NCBI GenBank assembly: GCA_030427825.1
Contig: JAUICO010000002.1
Coordinates: 25,634-89,633, forward strand
Reading direction: 5' to 3'
DNA length: 64,000 nt
Source: a bacterium
GTDB taxonomy: Bacteria; Myxococcota_A; Bradymonadia; REDH01
The notes beneath the pieces are model-generated. The model did not search any database. It was not told the origin of the DNA and saw nothing but the letters and a program-made list of their open reading frames with translations. Below, piece after piece: positions 61,701 through 64,000 of the stretch. A program made the position numbers and the translations under genes. The stretch's first letter is position 1. Each line of letters opens with the position of its first letter.

Positions 61701-63998
61701 GGCACATGCGCGCTTGTCGGCTGCGCGAGTGGCTTCGCCGACTGCAATGATGTGCCTTCGGACGGCTGCGAAGTTGCTCTTGCGGGCGACTTCTTCAACT
61801 GCGGCAGCTGCGGCAACGACTGCGACGTCTCACAGGCATCGGCAGTGTGTCAGGCGGGCAGCTGCGACATCACCTTCTGTGATTTCGGCTTCCAGGACTG
61901 CAACGGTGCCGTGAGCGACGGCTGCGAGGTCAGCATCCTCGACAGCGAGATCCACTGCGGCGGCTGCGACAACCTGTGTCAGGTAAACAACGGCGACTCA
62001 GTCTGCGACGGCGGAATCTGCGAGGTGGATGCGTGTGACGGCGGCTTCGCCGACTGCAACGACGAGTACGACGACGGCTGCGAGATCGATCTACTCAACA
62101 ATAACAACAACTGTGGTGCCTGCGGAGTCGCCTGCGTGTTCCCGAACGGGGTGGGCGAATGCAACAGCGGCACCTGCGAGCTGGTGGGATGTACCGGCGG
62201 GTTCGCGGACTGCGACGGTCTGGCAACCAATGGATGCGAGACCGATCTCAACAGCGACGAGACCGCTTGCGGCAGCTGTACGACGGCCTGTTCAACGAAC
62301 AACTCCACCCCCAGCTGCAGCGCCGGTGTTTGCGAGATAGACAGCTGCGACTCCAACTTTGCCGACTGCAACAATACGGCCGCTGACGGATGCGAGATCA
62401 ATCTGCTGAGCGACGTGGCGAACTGCAATGGCTGCGGCTCTGTATGTACGGTTCCCAGCGGCACGCCGGTGTGCATCGGCGGCATCTGCGACGTGGACAA
62501 CTGCACCAGTCCCTTCGGGGACTGTGACGGAAGCAGCGCCAACGGCTGCGAGATCAACCTCAGCAACGACGCCGCAAACTGCGGCAGCTGTGGCAGCGCC
62601 TGTACCTACGCAAACGGAATCGGCTCCTGCGCCGGCGGCACCTGCTCACTGGCGAGCTGTACCGGTGGATTCGCGGACTGTGACAGCAACCAGGCGAACG
62701 GCTGCGAAGTCGACACCACAACAAACTTCTTCAACTGCGGAGGCTGTGGATTGGACTGCGACCTCAGCAACGCAAGCTCAACGTGTAGCGCGGGAAACTG
62801 CGGAATCACATCCTGTGACTTCGGGTTCGAAGACTGTGATTCCAGCGCGTCCAACGGCTGTGAGCAGAATGTCGCATCGAACGTGAACAGCTGCGGCGGC
62901 TGCGACACTGTGTGTCAGGTCGACAACGGCGACCCTTCATGTAGCGCCGGCGTCTGTGACATCGGAAGCTGCGATTCCGGCTTCGAAGATTGCGATAGCG
63001 ACTATGGCACCGGCTGCGAGATCAACCTGCAGTCCGACGACGACAACTGTGGTGCGTGTGGCAACAGCTGCGACTTCAACAACGGCGTTGGAGCCTGTGT
63101 CGGCGGCTCCTGTGAGCTTGTAGGCTGCGCGCCGGGGTTCGGAGACTGCGACGGTGACGACACCAACGGCTGCGAGATCAATCTCAACAGCAACCCGGAC
63201 TTCTGCGGCACATGTACGTCGGCCTGCTCGGACAACAACGCGACGCCCATCTGCACCGTCGGTGTGTGTGGAATCGACAGCTGCGATACCGGCTGGGATG
63301 ATTGCAACGGTTCCGCAGCTGACGGCTGCGAAGTGAACCTGCAGGCGGACATCAACAACTGCGGCACGTGCAGTGCGCAGTGCTCCATCGCCGGCGGAGC
63401 CGCGGCCTGCATCAACGGCAGCTGCGGGATCAACGAGTGCGACACGGGCTTTGCGGACTGCGACGGCAACGCGGCAAACGGTTGCGAGACCAACCTGAAC
63501 ACCAGCCTCGACCACTGCGGCGCCTGCAACAATGACTGTGACTATGCAAACGGCGTCGCCAGCTGTGGTAGCGGTGTGTGTCAGCTCTCCGGGTGCAATA
63601 CCGGCTTCGCAAACTGCGACGGCAACGACATCAACGGCTGCGAGAACGACCTGTCAAACAACTTCCTGAACTGCGGAACCTGCGGCAACGAATGTGACCT
63701 CAACCACGCGAATGCAGTGTGCAGCGCGGGCGCGTGTCAGGTTACAGGTTGTGACCCCGGCTACTTCGACTGCAACGGCCAGTCGGGAGATGGTTGCGAG
63801 ATCAACCTTCGTGATGACGAAGTGAACTGCGGTACCTGCGGGACTGTGTGCGCTGTCGCCAACGGAAGTCCGACCTGCAACAACTTCACCTGCGAAGTGG
63901 ACACCTGCGGCATCGGCTTCGACGACTGTGACAATGACTACAGCAACGGCTGCGAATCTGTTCTCGCCACGGATGTTAACGATTGCGGCAGCTGCGGC
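58746..63998 (+). CDS. Second giant cysteine-rich surface lipoprotein, paralog of 50709..56546 (3'-truncated by window; absent from ORF track)
   Basis: Manual translation gives MAALNAITRSTVLFISLSTLSLAMLPGCGGCG..., still in frame at the window end (...VLATDVNDCGSCG). The N-domain is collinear with the first paralog. Confidence 0.9.
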   Translation, partial: MAALNAITRSTVLFISLSTLSLAMLPGCGGCGDDAPGETTCELASDCGIGSSCIDGICVVADASVDADTDVEGDIETDTDIDVVDDEDILDEDTGTCAPGAYQCDCELDIDCDSGTCISTSIGDVCSRPCSEDADCADPDWECRLLQTSGGDVAELCVPARTELCNPCEVDIDCDGFNTLCTVLGDGSFCTTDCSATATCPEGFSCETVSRVEGGEPVNYQQCEPVLGICGDCLDEDGDGFGTGSGCAGPDCDDTLDTVYDGAPEICDGFDNDCDNSTDEDFVLETSLVHCGTCGNACDAADATSECVSGACAIVSCAEGLGDCDLEYANGCESNTNTDAQNCGTCGEACEYANGVGACNAGACELAGCTQGFSDCDGDPTNGCEVESASDDNNCGGCGNVCSDAGGETECTNGVCTLTNCDEGFADCDAIASNGCEVSTDVNALNCGVCGNICTADNGNPVCVDGICGVDDCDSGFADCDSDPSNGCEAVLDSSIVNCGACALACTYPNGIATCEQGTCALAGCNNGYADCDGDPTNGCEVSLTDDEDNCSACGSACSQNNANTECVNAECTIMDCSGGYADCNSLAVDGCEIETDSNINNCGTCLQVCTAPNGVPICDGGTCEIGACDPGFVNCDGNLATGCETNVTTELANCGACGAVCEFDNGVPACNAGTCALAACNVGFADCDGDPTNGCEVDLNADTANCGTCDTVCVETNGVAACTAGVCEITGCDANFANCDGVAQNGCEVNLLSDVENCAACDTECVGDGTGDPACLNGVCGLDNCDDGLADCDGDGTTCEINLTTDANNCGSCSNVCSYANGSGACVGGSCELVACDAGFDDCDADPSNGCETSLENNNFACGACGQNCDIENGFALCNGTSCSLLGCDFGWQDCDGNIDNGCEVNVLDSVTSCGGCGNVCNVANANATCAGGVCGVGSCFAGFDDCDLLPTNGCETNLSENDTNCGVCGNSCTYPQGAGECLDGTCALVGCASGFADCNDVPSDGCEVALAGDFFNCGSCGNDCDVSQASAVCQAGSCDITFCDFGFQDCNGAVSDGCEVSILDSEIHCGGCDNLCQVNNGDSVCDGGICEVDACDGGFADCNDEYDDGCEIDLLNNNNNCGACGVACVFPNGVGECNSGTCELVGCTGGFADCDGLATNGCETDLNSDETACGSCTTACSTNNSTPSCSAGVCEIDSCDSNFADCNNTAADGCEINLLSDVANCNGCGSVCTVPSGTPVCIGGICDVDNCTSPFGDCDGSSANGCEINLSNDAANCGSCGSACTYANGIGSCAGGTCSLASCTGGFADCDSNQANGCEVDTTTNFFNCGGCGLDCDLSNASSTCSAGNCGITSCDFGFEDCDSSASNGCEQNVASNVNSCGGCDTVCQVDNGDPSCSAGVCDIGSCDSGFEDCDSDYGTGCEINLQSDDDNCGACGNSCDFNNGVGACVGGSCELVGCAPGFGDCDGDDTNGCEINLNSNPDFCGTCTSACSDNNATPICTVGVCGIDSCDTGWDDCNGSAADGCEVNLQADINNCGTCSAQCSIAGGAAACINGSCGINECDTGFADCDGNAANGCETNLNTSLDHCGACNNDCDYANGVASCGSGVCQLSGCNTGFANCDGNDINGCENDLSNNFLNCGTCGNECDLNHANAVCSAGACQVTGCDPGYFDCNGQSGDGCEINLRDDEVNCGTCGTVCAVANGSPTCNNFTCEVDTCGIGFDDCDNDYSNGCESVLATDVNDCGSCG

Positions 63999-64000
63999 AA
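59616..64000 (+). repeat. 28 complete (plus a partial 29th) tandem 156-bp coding repeats, 8 Cys per unit
   Basis: Unit 1 TGT at 59616 and unit 29 TGC at 63984, exactly 28 x 156 bp apart. Confidence 0.93.

Noticed and set aside
51615-64000. CRISPR-like or DGR-like repeat array
   Set aside because: Repeats are in-frame 156-bp coding units diverged at synonymous and non-synonymous sites. There is no identical repeat/spacer pattern and no cas or reverse transcriptase gene.
50709-64000. Multiheme cytochrome or ferredoxin interpretation of the CxxC motifs
   Set aside because: No CxxCH motifs. The proteins are exported lipoproteins with an even 8 Cys per unit, which favours disulfides.

Overview
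GC-rich, densely coding bacterial chromosomal window, most likely Myxococcota. The taxonomy is inferred from a MYXO-CTERM-like tail on a DUF2330 protein, an FHA-sigma54 activator and giant CGxCGxxC-repeat proteins. I recognised no rRNA, tRNA, CRISPR array, IS or prophage. 1-14.8 kb: lipid modification and uptake genes, including two TetR regulators with clear palindromic operators, a PhyH dioxygenase operon, a FadL + lipoprotein + BASS symporter run and a sterol-desaturase-family gene. 14.8-31 kb: dynamin-like GTPase, M48 peptidase, a translationally coupled folK-TPR-radical SAM-phosphoesterase operon, a degenerate Fic, ribA, rnj (anomalous start), mtnP and a B12 radical SAM fusion. 31-44.6 kb: aquaporin, tripartite RND pump, amidohydrolase, cysQ and argS. 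44.8-64 kb is the most striking part: a co-oriented run of FHA-sigma54 activator, cysK and cysE followed by two paralogous giant cysteine-rich lipoproteins flanking an FG-GAP protein. The giants are 1945 aa and more than 1750 aa; the second runs off the window and is missing from the ORF track. Their 52-aa, 8-Cys repeats show 3-unit and nested 6-unit higher-order periodicity. All family calls are from motif recognition by eye; no database searches were run.
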